A stretch of 62,936 nucleotides of DNA, counting the filler, from Pirum gemmata (Eukaryota), in NCBI GenBank assembly GCA_002812295.1. It is 14 parts of 14 records of this genome, joined end to end, with 100 filler letters (N's around TTAATTAATTAA, not from the genome) between each part and the next. Parts side by side here need not be neighbours in the genome. Positions count along the whole stretch, not along the records: positions 49,547 to 53,957 come from PDIN01001192.1; positions 54,058 to 58,425 come from PDIN01001193.1; positions 58,526 to 62,936 come from PDIN01001194.1; 11 more parts are not named here. The stretch is one strand, 5' to 3'. Made by a program: the position numbers and the translations under genes. Under the pieces are notes generated by a model. The model had not been told where the DNA came from and searched no databases. It was given only the letters and a program-made list of their open reading frames with translations. This document shows positions 51,101 to 62,936 of this stretch, piece after piece; position 1 is the stretch's first letter; every line of letters starts with the position of its first letter.

Positions 51101-51150
51101 TAGTAAAAAAACGGTTAAATTCGCCAGCGAATTTAACCGTTTTTTTACTA
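51101..51150. repeat. Perfect hairpin, 24-bp arms, 2-nt loop
   Basis: TAGTAAAAAAACGGTTAAATTCGC-CA-GCGAATTTAACCGTTTTTTTACTA within a (TA)n run. Confidence 0.95.
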
Positions 51151-53197
51151 TATATATAATATATACCCGGTATATAATAAGCATCACTATGATAATATTA
51201 GACTATGATGTATTATTGAAATAATATCATACATCATAATGATGAATAATATATATCTATAGCTACTATCCAATACTATCAAGTTATATATAATTATATA
51301 TATAATTAATTATTTATATATGGGTATAACTATGATGTATAATACCAGTATTAGTTTAAAAAAAATAAGGCCTAGACTATATATAATTTATTAAGAAATA
51401 AAAGTGATTATAAATCTGTATTGGCACCAAAAAAAATGAAATGTGTATGTGATAGAACTTATAAAGTTATAAATTATAATACACTTATAATACTCATATA
51501 ATTTTGACATTTTTAAAAATCCCCTTTGAATAACATCAGGTAAAATGGTTTTCTTCGGTTTTTGATGATTTTTTTATTGATATTATCATAAAAGAAACTT
51601 TAATTTCAATATAGCTATATATCATATATAATTATTATATATTATAGCAAGTTTTATGGATATTATGTATCAATGTTCATGAATATCGATATCATTTATA
51701 ATTATAATTAATTTAATCAACATTAATAAAAATTTTAGTTCGAAACAACATAATACGGAATATTGAGGTTTTTAATAACCGAGTGGTTTTTGATCTTCAT
51801 GACTGATCATGAAAGGTTTTTTAAAATTTATTATATGGCCATAATTAACATAAATAAAAGCATTTTCTGATTTTTATTATATTTATCATAATACTTTATC
51901 AACCCTTTATTATATTAATACCCTTTCTACTCTTAATTAAAATTTTAGTCAACATTTTTTAGTTTATAGACTATAATATATTATTATAACAAACCGAGGT
52001 TTTTAATATAATATATTAATTATTATAAATCATAATGTAGTCATTCAGGCATATACACATCGAGAAAATTCAATAAATTTCAATTACATGCAAAGAAAAA
52101 CTAAAGAAAGGCAGTTGCATAGCTACTAAGTTGCATACACCTGTTTTCCCTTCAAAAACCTTTTACCAAACCTTCTACTATTCTATGATACTTGGGTTAT
52201 ATTATGATATATGTATATTTATGATATTATTAGTATATTATTATACATTATAAATTGGCTCGATTGAAATGAATCGAGGCAGCACTAATGATAGTATAAA
52301 TATAGTATAAATATATCGATAACGATAGTTGGAATGTGGCTGAGTGGCTCCGTTCACTCTCCGTTCAGAGTTCTAGCTACCAGTAGTAGCACTCTAGATC
52401 TCCCCTGCTTTTTTTTTAAATTTTTTCAATTTTTACACTGATTTTTTTTACAGAAGTCTAGGTCTATATATCTATATCGATTAGTCTATTAGCTTGAAAT
52501 GAACTTTGAAATGCATAAAATATTATACAATAAAGAGTACCAAATTAATACAATATAAATATATTTCATTTAATTTGGTATATTTTATTATACATTTATT
52601 CATTTCACAATGTCAATTAAAAATTATAACTAACCAAATAAATATTCGGAGTGACAAAATAAATGAAAAGCGCTGTATCATAGACTAGACTAGCTAGACT
52701 AATTAGACTATAATAATATTATCATAATAGTCTAATATGATAATAAAGTCTAGATAGCGCTACTAGCTATGATAGCTAGCTATAGAGTACTTAGCTACTA
52801 GCTTCTCTAACTACTAGCTAGTATCATAGCTATGATAGTCAACCATCAGCTATCCGATAGCTACTAGCTAGAAGTCACCCAGCTATCATACCATCTAGCT
52901 AGGTCATACCATATAGACTAAACTACTAGCTAGCTATCATAGACCTGTGATAATATCATAATAATATGATAGCTATCATGGACCATGATTCATGGTAGAC
53001 CCAGTAGACTCTCATAGACTATGTCACTGGTATTTTAATTATGACATATGATAAAAAACCCATAAAAACCCAAGGTCTCTAGACTGTCTCTAGCTAGCTA
53101 GCTCTAGCTAAGCTACTCTAGCTAGTCTAGTATCGATAGCCCAACGTCTCTAGCTAGCTAGACCTTGGTCTACCGTAAGTGACAGCTATAGTTACTA

Positions 53198-53660
53198 ATA
53201 CTTACTATACATAATATTATTCAACTCGATAAATACCATTAGAAAGAGGAACCGGACCGTTCTGAAGTTCAATAAAGAAAATAACAAGTTTATATATATT
53301 ATTCATATGTGTATTAATAAATTGGATATTTTGAAATATTATTAATTAATAGACGTTAAAATATGAGTATTTACATTCTTAAATAGACTTCCATATATAT
53401 ATATATATATAATTATAGCTATCTGATACGTACACTACTCTATCAATACACCTAATCACGATCACGATCACGATCACGATCACTACTATGACTACTGTTT
53501 TAATGATACAGTATTATACGTAGCTATAATTTTTTTATAAGCTATATATTATTAATTAATATTTCAAAATATAAATTTAAACTTGTTATTTTCTTTATTG
53601 AAGAATGGTCCGGTTTCTCTTTATAATGGTATCTATCGAGTTGAATATGTAAGTAAGTAT
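53198..53660. mobile_element. Foldback element with long imperfect inverted arms and central (GATCAC)n
   Basis: 53198-53300 is the reverse complement of ~53575-53660 (TTCAACTCGAT.AATACCATTA..AAGAG.AACCGGACC.TTC...CAATAAAGAAAATAACAAGTTT). Patchy similarity continues inward. Confidence 0.7.
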
Positions 53661-54716
53661 ACTGTAAGTATAGTATTTTTTTTTTTTTTTTTTTTTTTAT
53701 GCATTAAAATTCAATAGTCTATCAAAGGAGTTCATGATTTATAGGATATTCATGATTATCACTATTAGAGTACAGTACTATCAGCAAGCTAGCTAAATAG
53801 GATTATCATATTATATCTTGGTCATTGATCAGGCTTTTGGGGTACACTTTTATATATTATGTAAATATCATAAATGATTTATAAGTTATAACATGATTTG
53901 TGATTTATCATAACAAACTATATAAGGGGGCGTTCAAATACTACGTAACGCTAGCTANNNNNNNNNNNNNNNNNNNNNNNNNNNNNNNNNNNNNNNNNNN
54001 NTTAATTAATTAANNNNNNNNNNNNNNNNNNNNNNNNNNNNNNNNNNNNNNNNNNNNTTTTTGTTTTTGTTTTTGGTTTTGTTTTTGTTTTTGGTTTTTG
54101 TTTTTGTTTTGTTTTTTTGTTTTTGGTTTTTTGGTTTTGTTTTGTTTTGTTTTAGTTTTAATTTCAATTGATTAAATTTTTATTTATTTATGTGTTTATT
54201 TCAAATGTTGTGTTTCAAATGTCATTTTAAGATATTATAATTATTTTCCATGAATATCATCACATTTTATTAATGAGTCTCACTTATTGCAAACATTTAT
54301 ATTAAGGACTTGTAGCTCTCTACTTCTATAATTATCATCCATATAAATGTATTTTTAGTTACGCTACCATTAATCACTACTCTAATACCACTACCAGCTA
54401 CCAGCTACTACCACCACAACCATTACTACCACCACTGCCACCGCTACGACCACTACGACCAATACCATCGCCACCAACTACCATTATCCTACCACTACCA
54501 CGTTTACAATTCTTGTAATAAAAGCGACATAGAATATATCAATTTCTAAACTGTTAAATGCATTTTCTCCATCAACCAAAGCTGACATGAGTTTAATGTA
54601 TTAAATTGCTTTACTTATCCAAGGTCACGATAACGATTAGAATTAATTTGCTATTTTTTTAACGTTAAATAAAAAAAACAAACTGAAAACAACATATACT
54701 TTATTATTGTTTCTAG

Positions 54717-54789
54717 GTGTGTTATCCACGATTAAAATTAGTCAAGCCGGGTACCCAGGAAAATTGGAGTATGATGCGTTCTATGAAAG
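54717..54789 (+). CDS. Myosin (class V-like) exon, SH1 helix
   Basis: GVLSTIKISQAGYPGKLEYDAFYER resembles GVLETIRIS.AG(F/Y)PSR..Y..F..R; AG/GT boundaries. Confidence 0.9.
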
Positions 54790-55429
54790 GTATATATATG
54801 ATATATTAATTTTATTATATGAAAAATAATCCGACCTTATTTAATTTTTTTTGATTTTTCAAGAAAATTCAATTTCACAATGCATTATTATTTTATCGAT
54901 TATATGTATATATATATATATATAGGTTTAGGTTTAGGAGGTTTGGGTTTAGGGTGTGTGTGTGCATAATGTATATGTATAATAATAGTAATAGCGGCAC
55001 ATCGTATCTGCTAATAACAAACTGTAACTGTAATACGGATAAGGCAAACGATGATAAAAATCACAATAATAATAAATAATAATAATATATAATGATATTT
55101 CATTACGGCATACAGTAGTTATGTTGAAAAGGCTATTACAAACAGCAATTGTTGTTGTAAATAATATACTAATGAAGGTTGGGTTAAAGTGAAGATAATA
55201 ATCACACTAATACTTTTGTTTTGAATACGTCATATAGTTTTTATATAAGTTAAAAAGTCTACTAAATACTGTAATTGTTGGTATTAATAATCTAGATATA
55301 ATAAGAGAACGATTGTGATATTGATTTCGGCATAAATCCATAACCCATATATATATATATATATCTTCGCATTTTTTTACTTATAAAATATATTAATTTA
55401 TTTGTTTATTTATTATTTGCAATTTTTAG

Positions 55430-55582
55430 ATATAAAATAATGAGCCCTAATCACCATGCAGTTAACCAAAGAAAGCTAGTGGAGAATGTATTATCTGGGA
55501 ACCTAAAAGAAGGGAATTATCAATTGGGTACCACGAAAATTTTCCTACGAGCAGGGCAACAAGGTCTTTTAGAAGTTAAGAG
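55430..55582 (+). CDS. Myosin exon, converter
   Basis: YQLGTTKIFLRAGQQGLLEVKR is the conserved YQ.G.TKIF.RAGQ...LE motif. Confidence 0.93.
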
Positions 55583-55901
55583 GTAAAACAAAATAAATAG
55601 TGTAAAATAATAAGCAATACGTAAAAAATATAAACTATATAAATAAGATAAATAAGATAAATAAGATAAATAACATAATAAGATAAGATAATAAGATAGT
55701 GAAAAAAATAAACAAAATCATAAAGGCCAGATACCGACACAATAATGATAAGGTAATGATGGCGATAATCATAATATCAATAATACTAATAAAGATATTT
55801 GGTTATACCATTTAGTGGCTATGTATATGAAAAGGCGATTAAAAACTGTAATTGTAGGTAAACAGCAATAATAATATATAATAATCAATTACTTATTTTA
55901 G

Positions 55902-56046
55902 ATCAGAATTACTTAGTAAATCAATGGTAAAAATACAAGCTTTTGGAAGAATGGTATTGCAAAGAAATATGTATTTGGCTATATACAATGCAACGGTCAT
56001 GATACAATGTGTAGCAAGAACAATAATAGCATCTCGTGTTGTGGAG
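55902..56046 (+). CDS. Myosin exon, IQ1-IQ2
   Basis: IQAFGRMVLQR and IQCVARTIIASR; phase-consistent splice sites. Confidence 0.9.
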
Positions 56047-56226
56047 GTATTTTCAAGTATTCTTTTAAAATTTATTTTCATAATAATGTGAGTAAAAATT
56101 GTCGTAAGTGTAGGGTCAACCAATAAACTCCTTTTTTAGTTTGTTTTTTGATCTTGTATTACTTTTGTTTTTAATTCATTTAAGTTCTATTCTTATTTCA
56201 TTTCATTTGTTTGTTTTTATATCTAG

Positions 56227-56309
56227 GAATTAAGGCAGGAAAAGGCTGCTATATTGCTTCAAAAACATATTCGTGGGTATTTGGCATACGTTTATTACCT
56301 AAGATTCAG
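56227..56309 (+). CDS. Myosin exon, IQ3
   Basis: LRQEKAAILLQKHIRGYLAY; AG/GT boundaries. Confidence 0.9.
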
Positions 56310-56405
56310 GTATTTTTTTCATATTTTTTACAATCAAGACTAATTTCACAAACTTTTAAATTTTAACTTGTAATAATATTCTTTGAACTTTATTTTGTCT
56401 GGCAG

Positions 56406-56505
56406 AGAGCAAAGTAGAGCTACTTTAAAAATACAGTCTGTCATTCGAATGCACTTTGTACGACGAAACTTTTTGTGTACTATACAGAAAGTTATCAAAA
56501 TACAG
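56406..56505 (+). CDS. Myosin exon, IQ4 and start of IQ5
   Basis: ATLKIQSVIRMHFVRRNF...VIKIQ; CAG/GT boundaries. Confidence 0.88.
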
Positions 56506-57011
56506 GTTTCTTTTTTAAATTTAAAATAGTTATTATCTTTTGTTATATATTACCGTTATCATTTCTATTAGCATTAAAATATTTTCACTATCAGTTTTTA
56601 ATATTACACATTGTTATAATGTTATAATTATGGCTATTGTAATTGTTGTTGGTTAGTTTTGTCTTAGTTATACAATTATCATTTTAACTAGTATTAGGAT
56701 TATCTCTTGCTGTTCCTAAATATAATTTTTCGTTCTTTTTAAACCCATCAGCACCATCACCAGAACCAGCACCAGCACGGACACCTTTACGAACATAAAC
56801 ATTATCACCATCACCATCAACAGAATTATCATGATCATCCCCATCACCACCATCACCATCGTCACCGACATCACCACCGTCACAGTCACCACTATCACCA
56901 ACTTTCAGCTATTACTATACCTTAGTCATTACTAACTAACCAACCACACAAACTTACTTGTTCGTTAACACAATGTAATTGATAATGTATTATTGATTTG
57001 AAATTTTATAG

Positions 57012-57285
57012 TCTATTTTCCGAAGAATTATTGCTCGCATAGAATTCAAAAAATTGCGTGCTGAAGCTCGGGATATCATAAAAGAGAAAGAACAAAGCCA
57101 AGCTAAAGCTTATCTAATGGAAAAAAAAGTTGTGGAATTGGCAATGCAAAACGAGGCCAAAGAAAAAGCTATACAGGACGCAAAAAAACAAAACCAAGAA
57201 GAAATAAAAACTTTGAACAAGATAAATCAAAGTGGAAGTCGAAAAACACAGGAGCTGCAAACCCAAGTGGCTGACCTAACTAAAG
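57012..57285 (+). CDS. Myosin exon, end of IQ5 and coiled coil
   Basis: SIFRRIIARIEFKKLRAEARD...MEKKVVEL resembles myosin V ARRELKKLKIEAR...LENK..L. Confidence 0.9.
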
Positions 57286-57967
57286 GTATCTATCATATTA
57301 TATTTATAGTATCACTAAGAGCAATGAAAGTAAGAATATTTAACTCATGATGACATAACCCTAACCCTAACCCTAACCCTAATCCTAACCCTAACCCTAA
57401 TCCTAACCCAATAACCCTAACCCTGACCCTAACCCTTTTTTTGTACGATGCTTAAAAAAAATGGGAGAAATATACTTGTCAATATATATATATAGACTAT
57501 TAAAAACAAAACCGGAAAAAACCAAAGCTTTATATAGTACTTGATTTTTGCTAATCTTTTTAACACCAAACTTGAAAAAAAAAATAACAAACCAAAAATG
57601 ACGTTATCTAATTATAAAAGTATTTAAGTCATAAAACAGTAGAATAATCTTACTTTCATACTCTTGGTATAATACAGTAGTATTTAAAATAATAACGTAA
57701 ACTATGTATAAGTATCAAGTGATTTCGATCTCACAACACATTACAGAATCTTATTTTTGCTTGTCAAGACATGAAATAGCTTCGTAATAAAACGGGAAAC
57801 CCTTCTTACTTTACCAATCATTTAAATTTCTTTGCCCCCCACNNNNNNNNNNNNNNNNNNNNNNNNNNNNNNNNNNNNNNNNNNNNNNNNNNNNNNNNNN
57901 NNNNNNNNNNNNNNNNNNNNNNNNNNNNNNNNNNNNNNNNNNNNNNCCTAAATTACTAATCATTGCG

Positions 57968-58009
<42 letters not shown>

Positions 58010-58107
58010 TTTTCTTTTTACTTTGTTACTTGATGAATTGAAAACTTTATTTGTTTTTTATTCACAAATTGCTAATTGTTGCTTATTATTATTATTGTTT
58101 GTGTTAG

Positions 58108-58257
58108 CACTCGAGGAAGCTAAAGCAATGATAGGGAAATTGAGAAACGAGGCCATGGTATCGTCCTCGACAAGCTCTAGAGTCAATAGTATGGGAGGTC
58201 GAAAGAGTAGACCTTCATCTAGAATTTATAGTAGTCCAGTTGTAGCCCAGCCATCTG
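58108..58257 (+). CDS. Myosin tail exon (probable)
   Basis: Phase-1 TAG acceptor matches the previous donor; LEEAKAMIGKLRNEAM then Ser-rich sequence; GTAAAT donor. An N gap lies upstream. Confidence 0.7.
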
Positions 58258-61200
58258 GTAAATGTTTCATATGGAAACCTAATCCTACATGTAGTACTCG
58301 ATAATTAGTGTAGTATCATAAAATAATTATAATAATAATAATATAATAAAGTAGCAATGATATTGATATTGATAATGATAGTGATAATAATGGTAATGAT
58401 AACGGTAGTTATGATAATAATAATANNNNNNNNNNNNNNNNNNNNNNNNNNNNNNNNNNNNNNNNNNNNTTAATTAATTAANNNNNNNNNNNNNNNNNNN
58501 NNNNNNNNNNNNNNNNNNNNNNNNNAAAAAAAAAAAAAAAAGGTTTGTTTTCCTTTTTCGACTTTAGCTAGTAGTAGAGTAGGTAACAAGGTTACAGTTA
58601 GCTGAATTAGGTCTATCTTGTTAATTATACTAAGTTAATTATATCTGATAGTTGTAGTTTGTTGACTTGTTTCAAAATACTTTAATTTATATTGGATAAG
58701 TCCCTAATGATTTGATGTCGTTTGGTTTTAACTTGTTGTACTTTTCTAATGGCATCATATTGGTAGCCTCTAGCTAGTAGTAGCTAGCTGTAACTATCCG
58801 GGGGGATATCAATAGCTATGATAGTAGTATGATAGTGTGTCTCGCCTCCAAGAGTCCTCCAAGCCTCCGATAGAACCCCAGGTCTATACGGTATTATTTG
58901 TATCAAGGAGTTCAAAATTTTTTGAACTCCTTGATTGTATCAACATAATATTATTCTATATTCTACTTAGGTATCATATTCTACAGCTAGACTACTAGCT
59001 AGCTAGCTAGAGCTTACTTAGTACCTAAGTTAGTAGTCCTGTATGATTTATTTTATTAAAATTTTAATTATCGATAAAAATATATCTGATAGACTAAATT
59101 AGACTAACTACTAGCTAGCTAGCTAAGCTAGTTCTCTAGTAGCTAGCTAGTAGAGACTACTAGCTAGCAGTTAGCTAGCTAGCTGGTGACATAGCAACAA
59201 AAGTATTCGAAAATATTCGAATATGATACCTCTAGCTACTACTAGCTAGCTAGCAGTCTACTAGCTAGAGTAGAAGCTAGCTATCCGATAGCTAGAAAAC
59301 CAAATAATAGTAACTGACTACTATCGATAACTAGCTAGCTAGCTAGCTAGACTACCCAACCTGACTCTACCTGACTACCCAACCTTCTAGCTAGCTAGCT
59401 AGTAGTCTACACTAGCTAGCTAGCTCTACTAGCTAGAGTCATACGTCTGTCATACGTCTTTTGACTATCATACTATCGATAACTAGCTAGACTACCTACC
59501 TGACTACCCAACCTTCTAGCTAGCTAGCTAGTAGCTAGATAGGTTTATTGATAAGCTAGCTAGCTAGTACTAAGTAGGTATATTGTAGGTAGGTATCTAT
59601 CGATATAGGTAAGCCTGTCCTGTAAGCTATGTTTGCAAATGGGTAGGTAGACTAGCTAGCTAGCTAGCTAGCTAGACAGAGACTACACTGTCTACAGGGA
59701 CTTGTGAACCTCTAGCTAGACCCCTCCCTGAGCTAGTCTAGCTAGAGACCCGGTCTACAGGTATCATAGCAACTAGCTAGTAGTATCATTATCACTCCGA
59801 ATATTTATTTGGTTGGTTATAATATTTAAATTGACATTTTTAAATGAATAAATAGATAATAAAATATACCAAATTAAATTAAATGAAATCGATCTACGTC
59901 TATTTCATTACAGTTGTCCTCTCAATCTTTAATTTGGTACTGTTTAAATGTATAATTGAACTTGTTTATAAAATACAAAACATTAAATGTAAAATACCAA
60001 ATTAATTAAAACATGTACATGTCTGATAATTTAACAATAATAATAATTTGGTACGTTCATTTCAGTGAAAAACACGGTGTAGTCTATCATCTACAATATC
60101 ATACATTATAATGAGTGACTGATCATATTTATATAAATCCATTTTATGTAGACTTTGACAAACGGGTGTATTTTTTGATGATGACAAAACATAAATGCTT
60201 ATTTATAGTAGAATGTTCGATAATGATGCTATGAGTATGATTATATGAAGAAAATTCAATTAAATTTTATTTATTTTTATAAAGTATGAGAACCACACAC
60301 TATCACACACTTTTTTTATTAAGTAGCGGGATAACTGGGTGGTTTACTCTGAGGCTACATAGTTCTCAGTGACATCAACTTCTCCAAGGAGTTAGTTATC
60401 TCGGAGTTAGTTATGAACAAAGTTTTTTTTTTATGATATCATATATAGACCGTGGGGGAAAAAGCTAGAGCTAGCTAGTATCTACCTTGAGTATCTACCA
60501 GCCAGTGTAGATGAGTTTCTAATTTTTATTGGTTCATTTTTCTCAATATCAGAAAAGTCACATGACCCATAGACATCAAGCTACTAGTTAACCCTATAGA
60601 GCTAGCCCAAATATAGAGCAACTTTATAAATGGCCTTTTTTTTAACAGCCAAGCCGGATAAAACTGTAGAAATCATATTTGTTTAGACTTCTTTTCTAAA
60701 AATGTTTACTCCAACCAGCCAAATTATTTTTAAAAAATGGTTATTGGTTCATATTAGAGTTTGTTAGTTATAATATTTCTCAAATTTTGGTAGTACTTTT
60801 ATTAACATTGGAGCATTTTAGGATTTTTTGGATTTTGAGCTCATATGAGATGTCGCAATTTTTATCCGGATTGGCTGTTTAAAAAAAAAAAAAAAAACTG
60901 CAAGAGCTAGCTAGTAGCTACTGCTATGTTGAAAAGTTCTTCCAAGAAAAAAAAAAAAAAAAAGCTTTCTGTCGTGTTCCTTTTTAGGGTTTTTATTTCA
61001 GTATTTAAAAAATTAATTGTAAACGATATAATATCATACTAGGCTGCTAAAGTTGTATAATGTACGATTTCATAAAAAACCTTTTAGAGACAAAACCCTC
61101 TACAGTTTTATAGAGTCGCTCAAAAAACTCGCCTGAATATGCAAAGCCTCAATATTAAATATGACCATACATCGATATATAAACACTAATAAAATTGATT

Positions 61201-62283
61201 TTGAACTTTTTTTAAAAGAATTATAACTATAATGATAATAATAATGGCGGTGAAGTTAAAAATATATTATTAATAGCAACAATTACAATAACAATTACAT
61301 AATATTGTGGCAACATAATACATGCATTAATATATAGCAACAATATTAATAACAATAATATTGAATTTTCCTAAACAGACACAATCTCCTAAAACAACAA
61401 CAACAAGCTTTTAAGAACATTATTATTATTATTAGTAAAATAGCAAAAGATCAATACAACAACAAGAACGTTATTAAAAAATCAAATAACAATACCAATT
61501 AATATTAAGTAATAGCAATAACAATAACAATAACAATTAATAACATTTTAACAATAACAATAACATTGACTATAACAATCACATTAATATAATATTAATA
61601 TAACAATATAACAAGAACAAGAACAAGAACAAGAACAATAATAATAACAATAACAATATATTATTAATAATAATAACAATAACAATATATTATTAATAAT
61701 AATAACAATAACAATATTAATATTTTTAACAATAATTAATAACAATATTTATAATAGTATAACAATTAATATTAATAATAACAATAACAACAACAATACC
61801 AATAATAATAACAGTAATAATAACAATAGCAATAACAATAATAACGTTAACAATAACAATAAAAACCATGTAAAAATAAAAATGTAAAAATAACAATGTA
61901 AAACTAATAAAAATAAGAACGCATAATAATAACAATAACATATATAATTATAGTTTCCATAATAATAATTTTCATTATTTCGCCAAAGAATATATTATAT
62001 CAGCTATCATAATATATATATAGGGATTTATAAACATTATATAATGCAGAAATGCAGAAAAAAGGCTAGCTATACTATTATCATAGACTATTATCATATA
62101 GGTCAGCTGGCTATCATAGTATATATGGCATAGTAGTTATTTAAATTTTGCTCATTATTTTAGGCCTTGTTCAATTTTTTCTATTTTTTCGATTTATTTA
62201 TAAATTCTGAAAAAATCGAAAAGTTTCTGCCCTATGTTTACGCTAGGACATTTAAGGACATTTATGGTCCTCTTGAGTTTCAA

Positions 62284-62428
62284 GGGAGCGTTCAAATAAT
62301 ACGTCACGTCAAGGGGTAGGTAGGTAGGTGGTATTTGACCGGAAATTAACGTCGAGGGGTAGGTAGGTAGGGGTATTTTCAGCTGTATTTGACCGGAAAT
62401 TGGCGTTACGTAGTATTTGAACTCTCCC
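62284..62428 (+). mobile_element. MITE family C (PIF/Harbinger-like, GGG termini, TAA/TTA flanks)
   Basis: TIR GGGAGCGTTCAAATA..TACGT with internal GGTAGGTAGG-TATTTGACCGGAAA repeats. Copies at ~5485-5597, 7196-7300, 7955-8072, 8797-8900, 21765-21862, 22349-22407, 23187-23325 and 53926-53951. TAA/TTA is adjacent at 7301, 8794 and 53923. Confidence 0.8.
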
Positions 62429-62710
62429 AAACTTCAAAGTTCTTCTCTAACTTTCTCTACTATCATAGCATAGTATGATATGGTTTCCTCCTACTTTCCT
62501 CTCAGACTTTCCTCTACTTTCCTTACTAGGGGTCTCTGAATAATGGAGTGCTTGCAGCTTTCCAATCCTAATTGTCTACTCTAAGTCTCTAACCCTATAG
62601 GCTGTAGTGTAGCCTGTAGCTAGCCAAACCAGTGAAACCACTTAGCTCAGTAATATAATATAGGATAGGTTCCAAAAACGAATCAGTATTGGCCAGTTGC
62701 TTTTTTTTAA

Positions 62711-62912
62711 CACTCATGCCGGATAAAATTGCAAAATCTGTTATGAGCTCAAAATCTGATGAAATCTTTTTTTAAAAATTCTCCAATTTTTAAAAAAAAT
62801 CAAATTTTCAGGGACCGTCTAGCTAAGAAAACTCTATTATGAACCAATGGCCAGTTTTTAATAATAATTTGGCAAGATTTTCTGTAGTTTTTTTTAATAT
62901 CCGGCAGTGGTG
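62711..62912 (+). mobile_element. MITE family E (piggyBac-like, TTAA-flanked)
   Basis: TTAA|CACTCATGCCGGATA...TATCCGGCAGTGGTG|TTAA. Shared interior AAACTCTATTATGAACCAAT. Relatives at ~4560-4740, 4822-5030, 20627-20852, 37966-38200, 41209-41445 and 60646-60877. Confidence 0.78.
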
Positions 62913-62936
62913 TTAAAAAAAAAAAAAAAAAAAAAA

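Overview
AT-rich eukaryotic genomic DNA with GT-AG introns, the standard genetic code and TTAGGG-type repeats. The gene set suggests a unicellular opisthokont, but this is only an inference. The window is not one locus: it is 14 unrelated scaffolds of about 4.4 kb joined by 13 artificial 100-bp N44-TTAATTAATTAA-N44 linkers, so synteny across linkers is meaningless. Recognisable partial genes are PRPS (2 exons), a fungal-type lysophospholipase/PLB terminal exon, an intronless class-C-like 7TM receptor, SF3A2 exon 1, a TFIIS-central-domain protein (3 exons), KRI1 (last 2 exons) and a myosin-V-like gene (7 exons). Decayed relics include an intronless GHKL ATPase, a frameshifted C3H-finger/SET-like gene of viral style, and an LRR fragment. 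Non-coding DNA is dominated by at least six MITE families (TA, TAA, TTAA and 8-bp target duplications) and by interstitial telomeric arrays. It also holds what look like transposon excision scars: TIR-only palindromes between 7-bp duplications, and dense TA-N2-4-TA mosaics. No transposase, CRISPR array, rRNA or tRNA gene was recognised. All family assignments come from reading motifs by eye, not from searches.
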